Below are positions 28,752 to 38,513 of a stretch of DNA of 64,000 nt, piece after piece. The notes beneath the pieces were generated by a model. It worked only from the letters and a program-made list of their open reading frames with translations, did no database searches and was not told the DNA's origin. The translations under genes and the position numbers were made by a program. This stretch comes from a virus (taxonomy: Duplodnaviria; Caudoviricetes): the IMG/VR virus record IMGVR_UViG_3300027804_002460, positions 1,513 to 65,512 of that record. One strand, 5' to 3'. Positions within the stretch are counted from its first letter, which is position 1; the number at the start of each line of letters is the position of its first letter.

Positions 28752-30671
28752 ATGGCTGTCGATATTAATGAAGATTTAAAAAAAGCAAGTAACAAAACAG
28801 GTGTTTATAAAACTTATAAAGAATATAAAAAAAGTTACGAAAGCTTAAAAAAGAAAGCGGGTAGTTCTCAAGAAACCGCAAATAAATTTTTATCTCAACC
28901 ACTTACAGATTATAAAAAGTGGAGAAAAAAACACACCGCAAATGCTAAAACATTTTTAGATGAATTAATCCAACAACTTAAACAGACTAAAGGTTCTGGT
29001 GTTGAGACTGATAAATTAATCAAAAGAATCTTTTTAAATTCTTTGAAGAAGATTAAACCCGAAGTTAAAACAATCTTAATAGAAGAAGCAATAAAAGCTT
29101 TGGGTTGTAGTAATACAATGACCACAATACCATCGACATACTATGTTCCAGTAAGGTGTGTGGATTTGTTTGGGTCTTTTGAATTGGGTCCTGACGACAA
29201 AATTGGTAAATTTTTCTACGAACAAAAACCTATTCAGTACAATGACTATCCATTTTCGATGAATAGAGAACTTTACCAAAGAACTCAAAATTTAAATCAA
29301 CCATATCAAGCGGTTTCTGGATCACTATATAGAGGTAAATCAAACCAAAATTTATTTAATATTACATATATAGAAACCTATACGGATCCAATAACATTAC
29401 TAACCGTAAATGAACCAACCTTCAAAGTTGACATAAGTACAAGAGTAGGTCTTCCGGCTGTTGATATTTTTTTAGCGGATTATTATGAATCAATAGATAT
29501 TTTGGATTATAAACAATTCTTTGCAAATCTAACGGATTATGTTACTGGTGTAATTTCATTTGGTAGGGGTGATGGATTTTTAAAAATACAAACAATCCAA
29601 AAAACTTTACTAATTATGCAAAGAATACTTGGTCTTTGTTCTGACTCTAATAAAGAAATTAATGTGGGTGCATCATCTAAAGTATCTGAAGTTGATAATG
29701 TTGATGAGTCATTTTATGAATTTAACGATATTGATTTAAGAATTATAGAAAAAAGTATTTCAGACATAAAATTGGGCGTTGTAGAATTTGAGGAATGTGA
29801 TAACATCAAAGTTCCTTTAAATTTAGAAGCGACGCTAACGGCATTAGATAATTTACAATTTAATGAAGATACTTCAGATTTAAATGAGATTGAGGCCGCA
29901 TCAGGAATAATCTATCCAACATTAGATGACGGATTTAAACTATCATTAGATGCAGGTTTTTTTGAACAATTTTTAAAAGCTTTAGTCAATACTGTTTTGT
30001 CACCAAAGAATGTTTTACCAATCATGACATTGGCCGCGATGTATGACCAACCGTTTTACAAACAAGTTTCAAATATTGAGGATTTTCAAAAAAAGTTTAG
30101 AACATTTTTTAATGAATTTATGACTAAAGTTACCGCAATTTTTACTAAGGAAGTTTTTAATGAATTAAAGAAAGAAGTCAAAGCATTGGTAAAATTATTA
30201 CTTCAAGATATCAACGATGAAAAGATAAAAAAACGTTACAGAATGGTTTTAGCGATTGTTGCAATTATACCAGGATTGGCAGTAATCACTAAAGATTTTA
30301 GAGATTGTAAAAGTGTTTTAGATGAACTTCTACAATTACTTAATATTGGGGTTAAAAAAAGATTAAGCGCTTTGGCCGAAAAAGGAGGAGATTTACCATT
30401 ACCCCTTTTATTATCTGCCAAACTACTAGACGGATATTCACCGACAAGATCATTTTTAAATACTGTTCAAAATTTACAAGAAATTGGTGTACCAACCGGA
30501 CCAATGCCAGATGGTAGTCCAAATAAATTTTTAGCATCAATTAAAGCGATGATTGATGGTAACGCACAAGAAATTGAGGAGAATGGTAAAGTCGCTATCG
30601 GTATTGGTCCATTAACTATAACACCGGCTGGTGTAACAATCCCAAAAGACGCATATGGAAAGTTCATTTAA
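28752..30671 (+). CDS. Hypothetical protein, probably structural
   Basis: 639 aa ORF upstream of the baseplate-hub-like gene. Confidence 0.7.
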   Translation: MAVDINEDLKKASNKTGVYKTYKEYKKSYESLKKKAGSSQETANKFLSQPLTDYKKWRKKHTANAKTFLDELIQQLKQTKGSGVETDKLIKRIFLNSLKKIKPEVKTILIEEAIKALGCSNTMTTIPSTYYVPVRCVDLFGSFELGPDDKIGKFFYEQKPIQYNDYPFSMNRELYQRTQNLNQPYQAVSGSLYRGKSNQNLFNITYIETYTDPITLLTVNEPTFKVDISTRVGLPAVDIFLADYYESIDILDYKQFFANLTDYVTGVISFGRGDGFLKIQTIQKTLLIMQRILGLCSDSNKEINVGASSKVSEVDNVDESFYEFNDIDLRIIEKSISDIKLGVVEFEECDNIKVPLNLEATLTALDNLQFNEDTSDLNEIEAASGIIYPTLDDGFKLSLDAGFFEQFLKALVNTVLSPKNVLPIMTLAAMYDQPFYKQVSNIEDFQKKFRTFFNEFMTKVTAIFTKEVFNELKKEVKALVKLLLQDINDEKIKKRYRMVLAIVAIIPGLAVITKDFRDCKSVLDELLQLLNIGVKKRLSALAEKGGDLPLPLLLSAKLLDGYSPTRSFLNTVQNLQEIGVPTGPMPDGSPNKFLASIKAMIDGNAQEIEENGKVAIGIGPLTITPAGVTIPKDAYGKFI

Positions 30672-30888
30672 CATTGACGAAAAAAGAATCAAAGCTAACG
30701 AGGTTTTATTGATAATAAAAGAACATAAAGAAAGATCAAATAGAGATCTTCAAATCGCAATGGAATTTATTAATGAAGACCACAAAGTAACTAAAGAATC
30801 TATAATAAAACTCACACACCATTTAGATGCATTAGAAAATACCTATAATGTTTTACATAAAGAATATACTGAAAGAACTAAAATTTAA
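30655..30888 (+). CDS. Hypothetical protein
   Basis: 77 aa coupled ORF. Confidence 0.6.
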   Translation: MESSFNIDEKRIKANEVLLIIKEHKERSNRDLQIAMEFINEDHKVTKESIIKLTHHLDALENTYNVLHKEYTERTKI

Positions 30889-32438
30889 TGAGTGAACAAA
30901 AGATAATATTTCAAGGTTATGTAATTAACAATCAAGATCCTTTAATGTTAGGAAGAATTAGAGCTTTACCAATAGATCAAGTTGAGGCTGATGTATTACC
31001 TACTAATTGGAACCCTGAAAAGGATATTTGGACTGAAAGAGATCCTTTGATTTATTTACCTTTGTTACCTTATTATGTGAGTCAAGTACCTAAAGTTGAG
31101 GAGTATATTCACATTTTTTACTATAATAAAGATTATGTTGTAGATAACACTAAATTCTACATTCAGGGTCCTATAACAAGACCTCAGAACAATTTTTACG
31201 AAAATTGGCATAACTCTGAGTCAATGTTGGCTAGTGGTGTATTTTTGAAGCAAGCTAACAATATTAAAGATCCTATAAGTTTTGAAATCAAAGGTCAGGC
31301 AAAAGGTATTTATCCTGAACCTGGTGATAATGCCTTATTAGGTAGAGGAACCGCAGACGTTATTGTAAAACAAGATGAGGTTTTAGTAAGAGCAGGTAAG
31401 AACATACCAACCCAAACCGCAGGATTTAATCTACCAACACCAAGACTAAATCGAGGATTTTTACAAATTTCAAATTTTGATTTAGAAAGAGTTGAGAAAG
31501 ACCCAATTAAAAAAACTATTCTAAAAAATAAACCTCAGTTAGTGAAGAAACTAATTGAGTGGGAGGTTACCAATCAAGTAACTATTACTGGAAATACTTC
31601 AGGTGGTGGTGTTACAGGATCTACGTTTTATAATGGTAATATAAGTCTATACTCATTACTACCTAAAGACAAAACTAAAACTAACGAAATATATATGGAT
31701 ACCCCGTTAGATCAATTTAAAAGTGGACCTGAATATACTTTAGTATTTACAGGAAAAACTTTAGATGAAGGGGTAAAAATTATAAACCAATTTATAAACG
31801 GATTAAATCAAGGAAAGATTAATATTCAAGGTTATGATCAATTCCCTTTTGATAATGATCTTAAAATATCAAATCAGTTTCCATTCTATTTCAGACCAAC
31901 CAAAAATAATATTGATAAATTAAGTTCAACAGGATCAACAGATTTCAATATGGTTAACAACTTTTTTACTAAAGTTAAATTATTACCCTCAGATAGACAA
32001 TTTGGTAGTGTTTTAGTTTGGTCTAAAAATGTTGTTGGTCAACAACTAACACCTGAAACTTCAACATTAAGACAGAACACCTATAATCCTAATCCTGTTT
32101 CTTACGGAACAGTTGCTGCAGACTTTTTATATTTATTATCTCATAAATCCGACATACCTTCAAAAAGAAAAATTATGTTGGAACCTAAAGAAACTTTATA
32201 CGGTATACCACAACCATATTTTACCGAAAACATTCTACAAAATACTGACCCAATGGTTAGAGGAAATGAGTTGATGAAATTATTAAAGTTGATCGTAGAT
32301 TTTTTAGGAGCACATGTCCATAATATAAATGAGGCTCCGATTCCAATTGGAGTTGATGGAACTAAGTTGGAAGAGATCTACAAAATTCTACAGGACGCTG
32401 ACAATTCAATACTAAATCAAAATATTCGAATTAATTGA
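30888..32438 (+). CDS. Baseplate hub/spike protein (gp5/VgrG-like N-terminal OB fold)
   Basis: GYVINNQDPLMLGRIRA at the N-terminus; C-terminal GNELMKLL...HVH. Confidence 0.65.
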   Translation: MSEQKIIFQGYVINNQDPLMLGRIRALPIDQVEADVLPTNWNPEKDIWTERDPLIYLPLLPYYVSQVPKVEEYIHIFYYNKDYVVDNTKFYIQGPITRPQNNFYENWHNSESMLASGVFLKQANNIKDPISFEIKGQAKGIYPEPGDNALLGRGTADVIVKQDEVLVRAGKNIPTQTAGFNLPTPRLNRGFLQISNFDLERVEKDPIKKTILKNKPQLVKKLIEWEVTNQVTITGNTSGGGVTGSTFYNGNISLYSLLPKDKTKTNEIYMDTPLDQFKSGPEYTLVFTGKTLDEGVKIINQFINGLNQGKINIQGYDQFPFDNDLKISNQFPFYFRPTKNNIDKLSSTGSTDFNMVNNFFTKVKLLPSDRQFGSVLVWSKNVVGQQLTPETSTLRQNTYNPNPVSYGTVAADFLYLLSHKSDIPSKRKIMLEPKETLYGIPQPYFTENILQNTDPMVRGNELMKLLKLIVDFLGAHVHNINEAPIPIGVDGTKLEEIYKILQDADNSILNQNIRIN

Positions 32439-32458
32439 TATTTATAAATAAAAGATAA

Positions 32459-33925
32459 ATGTCAATTAATAATTCTTATTTCAATAGAAACAATACTATA
32501 GTTTTTAATAGTTATGTAAACACAGGAAGAAATCCTGTTATGCAACTATACTACGGAGATGGTGGTTTAGTAAATCCTATAGGATATTCTCGTTTCATTT
32601 TTGACTTGGATTTATCTCTTTTAAGAGAGAAATTAGCGTCAGGAGTAATTTCAACTGGATGTACTGATAACATGAGACATATACTTAAAATGACTAACAC
32701 TTCTTCATTTAGTGAAGATTTATTAAATACATCTATGCCTGATGGTAGTCTAAGAGCAACATCATTTGATTTAATTTTATTTAGAATACCTCCAAGAGAT
32801 TTAGACCCTAATCAACCACAATATTGGGATGAGGGTGTTGGTTACGATTTTTACGATATTCCTGATGGATTAGGTCCTAATAGGGCTTATTCGAATAGAC
32901 CGTCAAATTGGTATCAGACAACAACTATTGATAATTGGGAACAAGCAGGAATCTACAATAATATGAACTTGGGACCAATGCCATTTTCAGGATTAACGAT
33001 AGTAGATATACAACATTTTGAATTTGGTAATGAAGATATTTTATTCGATATGACCGACGAAATAAATGATTTACTAATTGGGGGGATTGTGAATCCATCA
33101 GGTTGGGGTATTGCTTATTTACCTGAAGTTGAGAATTTGATCGGTACCACAGGAGCTTATTCTGTAGGTTTCTTTACAAGACATACACAAACATTTTATG
33201 AACCATACCTTCAAACAACATATAATGATCTAATCGAAGATGATAGAAATAATTTTACATTAGGAACTGTAAACAAATTATATCTATATGTTTATGAAGA
33301 TGGTGATTTTAAAAATTTAGATACTCCACCATTAGTGACAATTTCAGATTCTTCGGGAACACCTGTTACAGGGTTAATTAATTTACCATCTTGCCAAAGA
33401 ACTAAAGGGGTTTATGAAATAACAATACCACCCCTCATAGGATACAAGACCCCATGTTTATTTACAGATACTTGGTCAAATATAAAATTAAATGGTTTTT
33501 CATTACCAAATGAGATAAATGAATTTACTATCTACCCAACTAAAAGATCTGTACAAATCGGTACAAATACAAACGATCCCGCACAATATGGGTTTACTTA
33601 TTATGGATTGAAACAAAACGAAAAGATTTTAAACTCTGAAATTAGAAAAGTTGGTGTCATTATTAAACAGGCATATACAACAAATAAACAGCTTCCAAAT
33701 GTCGATGGACAATACAGAGTTTATGTTAGAGAAGGTCAAACTGAAGTTATAGTTCAGGATTGGACTAACTTAAATAGGACACCTAATGAATACTATTTTA
33801 TTTTTGATATGAGAGATAAAATACCTAATGAATATTTTGTCGATCTGAAAGTTACAACATCTGGACAGGTTAATGTTTACAAACAACAAATAAATTTCCA
33901 AATCGTAAATGAGAAAGTAGAATAA
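32459..33925 (+). CDS. Putative virion structural protein
   Basis: 488 aa beta-rich ORF; TATTTATA 20 nt upstream. Confidence 0.6.
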   Translation: MSINNSYFNRNNTIVFNSYVNTGRNPVMQLYYGDGGLVNPIGYSRFIFDLDLSLLREKLASGVISTGCTDNMRHILKMTNTSSFSEDLLNTSMPDGSLRATSFDLILFRIPPRDLDPNQPQYWDEGVGYDFYDIPDGLGPNRAYSNRPSNWYQTTTIDNWEQAGIYNNMNLGPMPFSGLTIVDIQHFEFGNEDILFDMTDEINDLLIGGIVNPSGWGIAYLPEVENLIGTTGAYSVGFFTRHTQTFYEPYLQTTYNDLIEDDRNNFTLGTVNKLYLYVYEDGDFKNLDTPPLVTISDSSGTPVTGLINLPSCQRTKGVYEITIPPLIGYKTPCLFTDTWSNIKLNGFSLPNEINEFTIYPTKRSVQIGTNTNDPAQYGFTYYGLKQNEKILNSEIRKVGVIIKQAYTTNKQLPNVDGQYRVYVREGQTEVIVQDWTNLNRTPNEYYFIFDMRDKIPNEYFVDLKVTTSGQVNVYKQQINFQIVNEKVE

Positions 33926-33950
33926 AGAAGTATTTATAAATAAAAAAGAC

Positions 33951-34340
33951 ATGTCAACATTTCAAATACTTTTATGTACTGATGAACAATACGTTCTTGG
34001 TGAATCGGGAAGAGAAACTCTAAATGCCGGTGAAACTTGGGCTTTCAGTGGTGCTAATGGACAAATTATATGTGGTACAGTTGTAGCAGCAGCTGCTGGG
34101 GTTCCAAACTATTCTGCAGTAACCCTTTATGATGGATGTGGAGAATGTTTAAACGCAACACTTGAGTTTTTTACTGCAGGAACACCATATGAAGCTTGTG
34201 TTATATGTTGCCCTTGTGGTACAGGTTCGACTGTTAATTCAGTATCAACCCCTCATCCTACATGGACAGGTTTGAATGGACAAGTAGTTGTTCAAGCAAA
34301 TGCGGTTGAATTAGGAGGGATGAACGGATTATACGCTTAA
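33951..34340 (+). CDS. Small Cys-rich putative virion protein
   Basis: CGEC and CVICCPCG motifs; TATTTATA 20 nt upstream. Confidence 0.6.
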   Translation: MSTFQILLCTDEQYVLGESGRETLNAGETWAFSGANGQIICGTVVAAAAGVPNYSAVTLYDGCGECLNATLEFFTAGTPYEACVICCPCGTGSTVNSVSTPHPTWTGLNGQVVVQANAVELGGMNGLYA

Positions 34341-34342
34341 TT

Positions 34343-34816
34343 ATGAATAGTTTAGATAGAATCATAAGAAAAGTTATTCAAGAAAATATAGGGGACAAAC
34401 CCTCAAGACAAGAAAAAGAGTCCTCAAGATATATGTTCTTTTCAAATTTGGAACAAATGAGAAGACAATGTGACCTATTATTAGATTTAGATCATAATAT
34501 GATCGAGGAAATATTAGATCAAGGTCATGATTGGGCTCAGGATCATATTGCCGAGGCAAAAAACAATTTAGATCAAGTTTTTGATTTTTTAATGAATGAA
34601 ACAAATTCTGAATTTGATGCTGAGATGAAAGATAATGTGATGATGGAAGGTAGAAAAAAAACAGGAACGAAACTTTGTGCTAGAGGTAAATCAGCAGCTA
34701 AAGCTAAGTTTGACGTTTACCCTTCGGCGTACGCCAACGGATACGCAGTTCAGGTATGTAAAGGGACCAAACCTGGATTGGACGGTAAAAAGAGATGCTC
34801 AGGAGCATATTGTTAA
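34343..34816 (+). CDS. Hypothetical protein with basic Cys-containing C-terminal domain
   Basis: KLCARGKSAAKAKFDVYPSAYANGYAVQVCKG (DUF5872-like from memory). Confidence 0.6.
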   Translation: MNSLDRIIRKVIQENIGDKPSRQEKESSRYMFFSNLEQMRRQCDLLLDLDHNMIEEILDQGHDWAQDHIAEAKNNLDQVFDFLMNETNSEFDAEMKDNVMMEGRKKTGTKLCARGKSAAKAKFDVYPSAYANGYAVQVCKGTKPGLDGKKRCSGAYC

Positions 34817-34833
34817 ATTTTTTTAACTTCCTT

Positions 34834-34863
34834 TTTGTTAATCAATATTTTTTTATATATTTG
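34834..34863 (+). promoter_or_regulatory. Bacteroidota-type sigma70 promoter
   Basis: TTTG-N18-TATATTTG upstream of ORF 34888. Confidence 0.6.
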
Positions 34864-34887
34864 TAGTTAGAAACATAAAAACTAACT

Positions 34888-35301
34888 ATGAAAAACTTTT
34901 TTAAAAGACTCTACAAAAGATTTAAGGTCAAAATGGCAAAAAGAATGAGAAAATCTATGCCAACTCATGAAGAAATAGAACCTTATGAAAAAACCGCATT
35001 CAAGATTGTTGTGAAAATGATATCACATAAAAAATCTGATTTTATGATTGCACCTATGTCTAACAAAAGATACATTATAAATGAAGAATTAGGTCTTTTC
35101 GTCCTTATTGATTTTGGAAGAGTTGAGATTACTAATCACGTATTTCATTATGATGTAAAAATGAGTAGTAGAGATTTTGAACGTGTTACCTACTTATACG
35201 ATACTGAAACTGAAAAAAGAAGAAACCTAACTGAAGCTGAAGTAAAATCAAATATTAAAAATTCTTTAGTTAAGGTTTACAATAAAATATCTGAACAATA
35301 G
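34888..35301 (+). CDS. Hypothetical protein
   Basis: 137 aa ORF with its own promoter-like element. Confidence 0.7.
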   Translation: MKNFFKRLYKRFKVKMAKRMRKSMPTHEEIEPYEKTAFKIVVKMISHKKSDFMIAPMSNKRYIINEELGLFVLIDFGRVEITNHVFHYDVKMSSRDFERVTYLYDTETEKRRNLTEAEVKSNIKNSLVKVYNKISEQ

Positions 35302-36246
35302 TTATTTTCTTGGTTTGTAAGAAGTCATAACAGGTTTTTGTCCTTTACCCGTTTGAGTGTCTTTTTTCTCCGCGGCTCTTTTTTGTTGACAAGCAGCTCT
35401 TTTAGCCGAATCTGACATTTTACCGGCAACTCCTGCGGCACGACATTTTGGGTATGAACCTTTAGAAGTGTCGTGTCGTCCACAGGGAGGGTGTTTTCCG
35501 TCGACTTTTCTACAAATATTAACCCAAGGACCTTTTGGTTGAGAAGATCCCTTAGGTTTCTTCTTTTTACCAAACCAAACAGCTAAGTCTTCATTAATTG
35601 TTTCAGGATAATCAATATCTCTTTTATAAGAACCATCTTTATTTTTTTCCCAAACACCAACATTTCTTTTAATATTATTTTTCAAGGTATTTTTTAATGA
35701 TTTTTTATTAAAATCTGTTGGTACCTTTACAGTAAATGGATCTAATTCATTTTTTTTCCACTCCAAACTTCCAATTTCTAATGGAGCATTATATGGTCCA
35801 GCTGTAACAGTGGAACTAATTTCGTTCAATAAATTATCATAAGATAAATCAACCCATTCATTGAATTTTACTTTATTTGTAAATGGTCTCATCGGGCTAT
35901 CCCCTTTAGGTATTTTGTGATCGTACATATATTGATTAATAACCCCACCATCATCATCTCCTGTCGCCAAATCGGGATGTTTTTTTATAAAATTAGTTAT
36001 TTTATTTGCCTCTTTTTCTAATTTCACTATTTGATCCCTTCTCAAATCCATTTTATGGTCTAAACTATCATATTGGACTAATGGACTATCGTATTTAGAA
36101 ACAGGTACATTAAATGGTGCTAAACTATCATCATTAAAAGGTCTGAAACCTGGTTGTACTGGTGTGACATACGCTCCTGCGGCACCTCCTCTTTGTGAAG
36201 TGGCTTCTTTAATAACTTTTTTAATTATTTGATTTAGTCTATCCAT
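35302..36246 (-). CDS. Hypothetical protein with basic Cys-containing C-terminal domain
   Basis: DLAVWFG...WVNIC...HPPCGR...YPKCR (DUF5872-like from memory); TATTTATA 19 nt upstream. Confidence 0.65.
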   Translation of the reverse strand: MDRLNQIIKKVIKEATSQRGGAAGAYVTPVQPGFRPFNDDSLAPFNVPVSKYDSPLVQYDSLDHKMDLRRDQIVKLEKEANKITNFIKKHPDLATGDDDGGVINQYMYDHKIPKGDSPMRPFTNKVKFNEWVDLSYDNLLNEISSTVTAGPYNAPLEIGSLEWKKNELDPFTVKVPTDFNKKSLKNTLKNNIKRNVGVWEKNKDGSYKRDIDYPETINEDLAVWFGKKKKPKGSSQPKGPWVNICRKVDGKHPPCGRHDTSKGSYPKCRAAGVAGKMSDSAKRAACQQKRAAEKKDTQTGKGQKPVMTSYKPRK

Positions 36247-36274
36247 TTTATTATAATTATAAATATCTCACTTT

Positions 36275-36490
36275 TTGAATATGGAAGAAGAAAACAAAAT
36301 CTATGGTAATTTATTTGGGTCTATTAACTTGTTAAGTGAAGATCATTTAGAACTTATATTAAGTACGATGGATAAAGAACACGCACTTTATTATTTAATT
36401 GAATCTGTTAAATCAGCACACTCTAAGGGTGTGTTTACAATTGGTGAATCTGAAGTAATCTCTAAATCTATTAGAACTTTAATAAAATAA
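36275..36490 (+). CDS. Hypothetical protein
   Basis: 71 aa ORF ending at a bidirectional terminator. Confidence 0.55.
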   Translation: MNMEEENKIYGNLFGSINLLSEDHLELILSTMDKEHALYYLIESVKSAHSKGVFTIGESEVISKSIRTLIK

Positions 36491-36516
36491 AAAAGGTCAG
36501 ATTTCTCTGACCTTTT
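36491..36516. terminator. Bidirectional intrinsic terminator
   Basis: AAAAGGTCAG-ATTTCT-CTGACCTTTT between convergent genes, downstream of the major capsid gene. Confidence 0.8.
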
Positions 36517-36536
36517 TCTTATTCGGTTTTAATTGA

Positions 36537-38483
36537 TTATCTCAATTCTCTCAAGTCGAATGTTCTAACTCCATCAACTGTGATACGTCCGTAGAAACGG
36601 TTGTTAACCATTTTCTTAGCGTAACGTGTCATAATACCTTTAATAGGTGTAAAGTTGAATGGGTTGTACATTGTAGGTGTCAATTGTAGAGGTACATACG
36701 GTGCGTAGATGTAACCTGTGTCTAACAATGATGTTCCTTTGTGACCGATTAACACTTGGTTAGGCGGGAAGTAAGGATCACGGTAAACTTGGTATCTACC
36801 AGATAATGTACCAACTCTCTCAATACCCATGTTGTACTGATCTTGCTCAGGAGCTGCGTTAGATACGTGGAAGTATTCTAAATCGTCAAAGATAGCAGAA
36901 ACCTCAGATGAAACAACGATCCAGTTAGCACCACCTCTTAAAGTAGATTTGTGGATTTGTGCTGACAATTGGTTGATTGCTGTAATCAAAGTTTGGTTCC
37001 AGTCTTTTTGAGTGTAAGATACTTGGTTGTTGATTCTTCTCCATCCGTTGTAATCCCAACGTAATTGCCATGCTGCACCTTTACGTAAGTCACGTAAGAT
37101 TTCACGGTCAATCTCAGCCGCTACTTGCTCAGATAACAATGCCGTTAACTCAGCTTCAGCGTCGATGTTATGGAATGCTGCAACGTCTTGAGCTAATTCA
37201 GGAGACCATTGTGCTCTTAGTTTTCTTTCTGTAACAGATACAGTTACTGACTCAAGGTCAAAAGAAACCTCACCAATTTGATCTTCGAACTCAAGGTTAG
37301 CATATCTTCTATACCATGCAGTAAATGAAGTAGCTGATCCACCTGATGCGATTGTAGTACCTGTGTAACCATCTAAAGATGTTGCGTCACAGTCAGCACA
37401 TACAGGACAAGAAAGGTCAACTTCTAACCAAATACATCCGTTAGCGTCACAAATGTCATTATAGTTACCACCGTTACCTGTTGGAGGTGTGTAATCTACA
37501 GTGTTGTTACCTGCATTTCTGAATGTAGTTCCTTGGTTTGTTCCGTATTTAACAATACCTTTACCATAGATTTGAGTTACAACTCTAAACAATAGAGGTG
37601 CGTATACTGTAGATCCGTTGTAAGTAGTTGTTGTTACACTACAAGGTGAAGTTGTGTTAGCAGAGAATCCGTTAGCCGCGTAAATTCTAAGGTCAGAAAG
37701 GAATGATTCTGTATCCATTTCGTTACCGTCAGGACCGATTAATTTACCTGCCCCTGCATTTGCAAATCCACAAAGTCTAACGATAACTTTTCTATAGTTA
37801 CCTGCTGGAATAATTTCTCCTGCCCCAATGTTAGCGTCAACCAATGCTGATCCAGCCCAAGCTTGGATAGCTGTAGTTGCAGTAACTGCAGTCCACTTAC
37901 CTTTAGAGTAGTCAAATAATCCTGGAGGATCTAAAGACGCTTCATTACCTTCATAGAATAAATCATAAAGATCTTTCTTGTAATAGTAATCATTGTCAGG
38001 GTATCCTTGATTAGGGTTATTTAATCCTGCGTTAACAGCTTCAGGAGATCCAATAGGTGCATAGTGGTCACCACCAGCATTAACGTTATTGTTAGGTGTA
38101 GAGTTAGGATATAAGTTAGCATACTCAGAAGATGCGTTTGCATATCCTTGGATTCTTGGTACAAAGTAGAACAATTTACCGATAGGTAAGTTCATAGCTT
38201 GTACTGATACGATATCGTTAGCTAACAATTTAGAGAAAACTCTTCTTACGATTGGGAAAACAACTGTTTCGAACGCTCCGTTTGATTGACCGTCAGAAGT
38301 TGCTTCGTTGATTAAGTAAGATGCTTGGTTTTCGTATAATTGTGCAACGTTTTCTTTTAAGTGACCTTTTAGACCATCCAAAAAGCCTAATTTGTCCCAC
38401 TTGTTAATTGTGTCTTCTTTGATAACTTTAAGGTGTTTCAACCCGATGTTACCTACAAGACCTGATTCTAATAATGCTCCCAT
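36537..38483 (-). CDS. Major capsid protein (T4 gp23-like)
   Basis: VFPIVRR...VSVQAMNLPIGKLFY; RKLRAQWSPELAQD...AEAELTALLSEQVAAEIDREI; YAPYVPLQLT...TRYA. Confidence 0.95.
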   Translation of the reverse strand: MGALLESGLVGNIGLKHLKVIKEDTINKWDKLGFLDGLKGHLKENVAQLYENQASYLINEATSDGQSNGAFETVVFPIVRRVFSKLLANDIVSVQAMNLPIGKLFYFVPRIQGYANASSEYANLYPNSTPNNNVNAGGDHYAPIGSPEAVNAGLNNPNQGYPDNDYYYKKDLYDLFYEGNEASLDPPGLFDYSKGKWTAVTATTAIQAWAGSALVDANIGAGEIIPAGNYRKVIVRLCGFANAGAGKLIGPDGNEMDTESFLSDLRIYAANGFSANTTSPCSVTTTTYNGSTVYAPLLFRVVTQIYGKGIVKYGTNQGTTFRNAGNNTVDYTPPTGNGGNYNDICDANGCIWLEVDLSCPVCADCDATSLDGYTGTTIASGGSATSFTAWYRRYANLEFEDQIGEVSFDLESVTVSVTERKLRAQWSPELAQDVAAFHNIDAEAELTALLSEQVAAEIDREILRDLRKGAAWQLRWDYNGWRRINNQVSYTQKDWNQTLITAINQLSAQIHKSTLRGGANWIVVSSEVSAIFDDLEYFHVSNAAPEQDQYNMGIERVGTLSGRYQVYRDPYFPPNQVLIGHKGTSLLDTGYIYAPYVPLQLTPTMYNPFNFTPIKGIMTRYAKKMVNNRFYGRITVDGVRTFDLRELR

Positions 38484-38513
38484 TTTTTTAGGTTTTTTAT
38501 TTTTAGTTTATGT

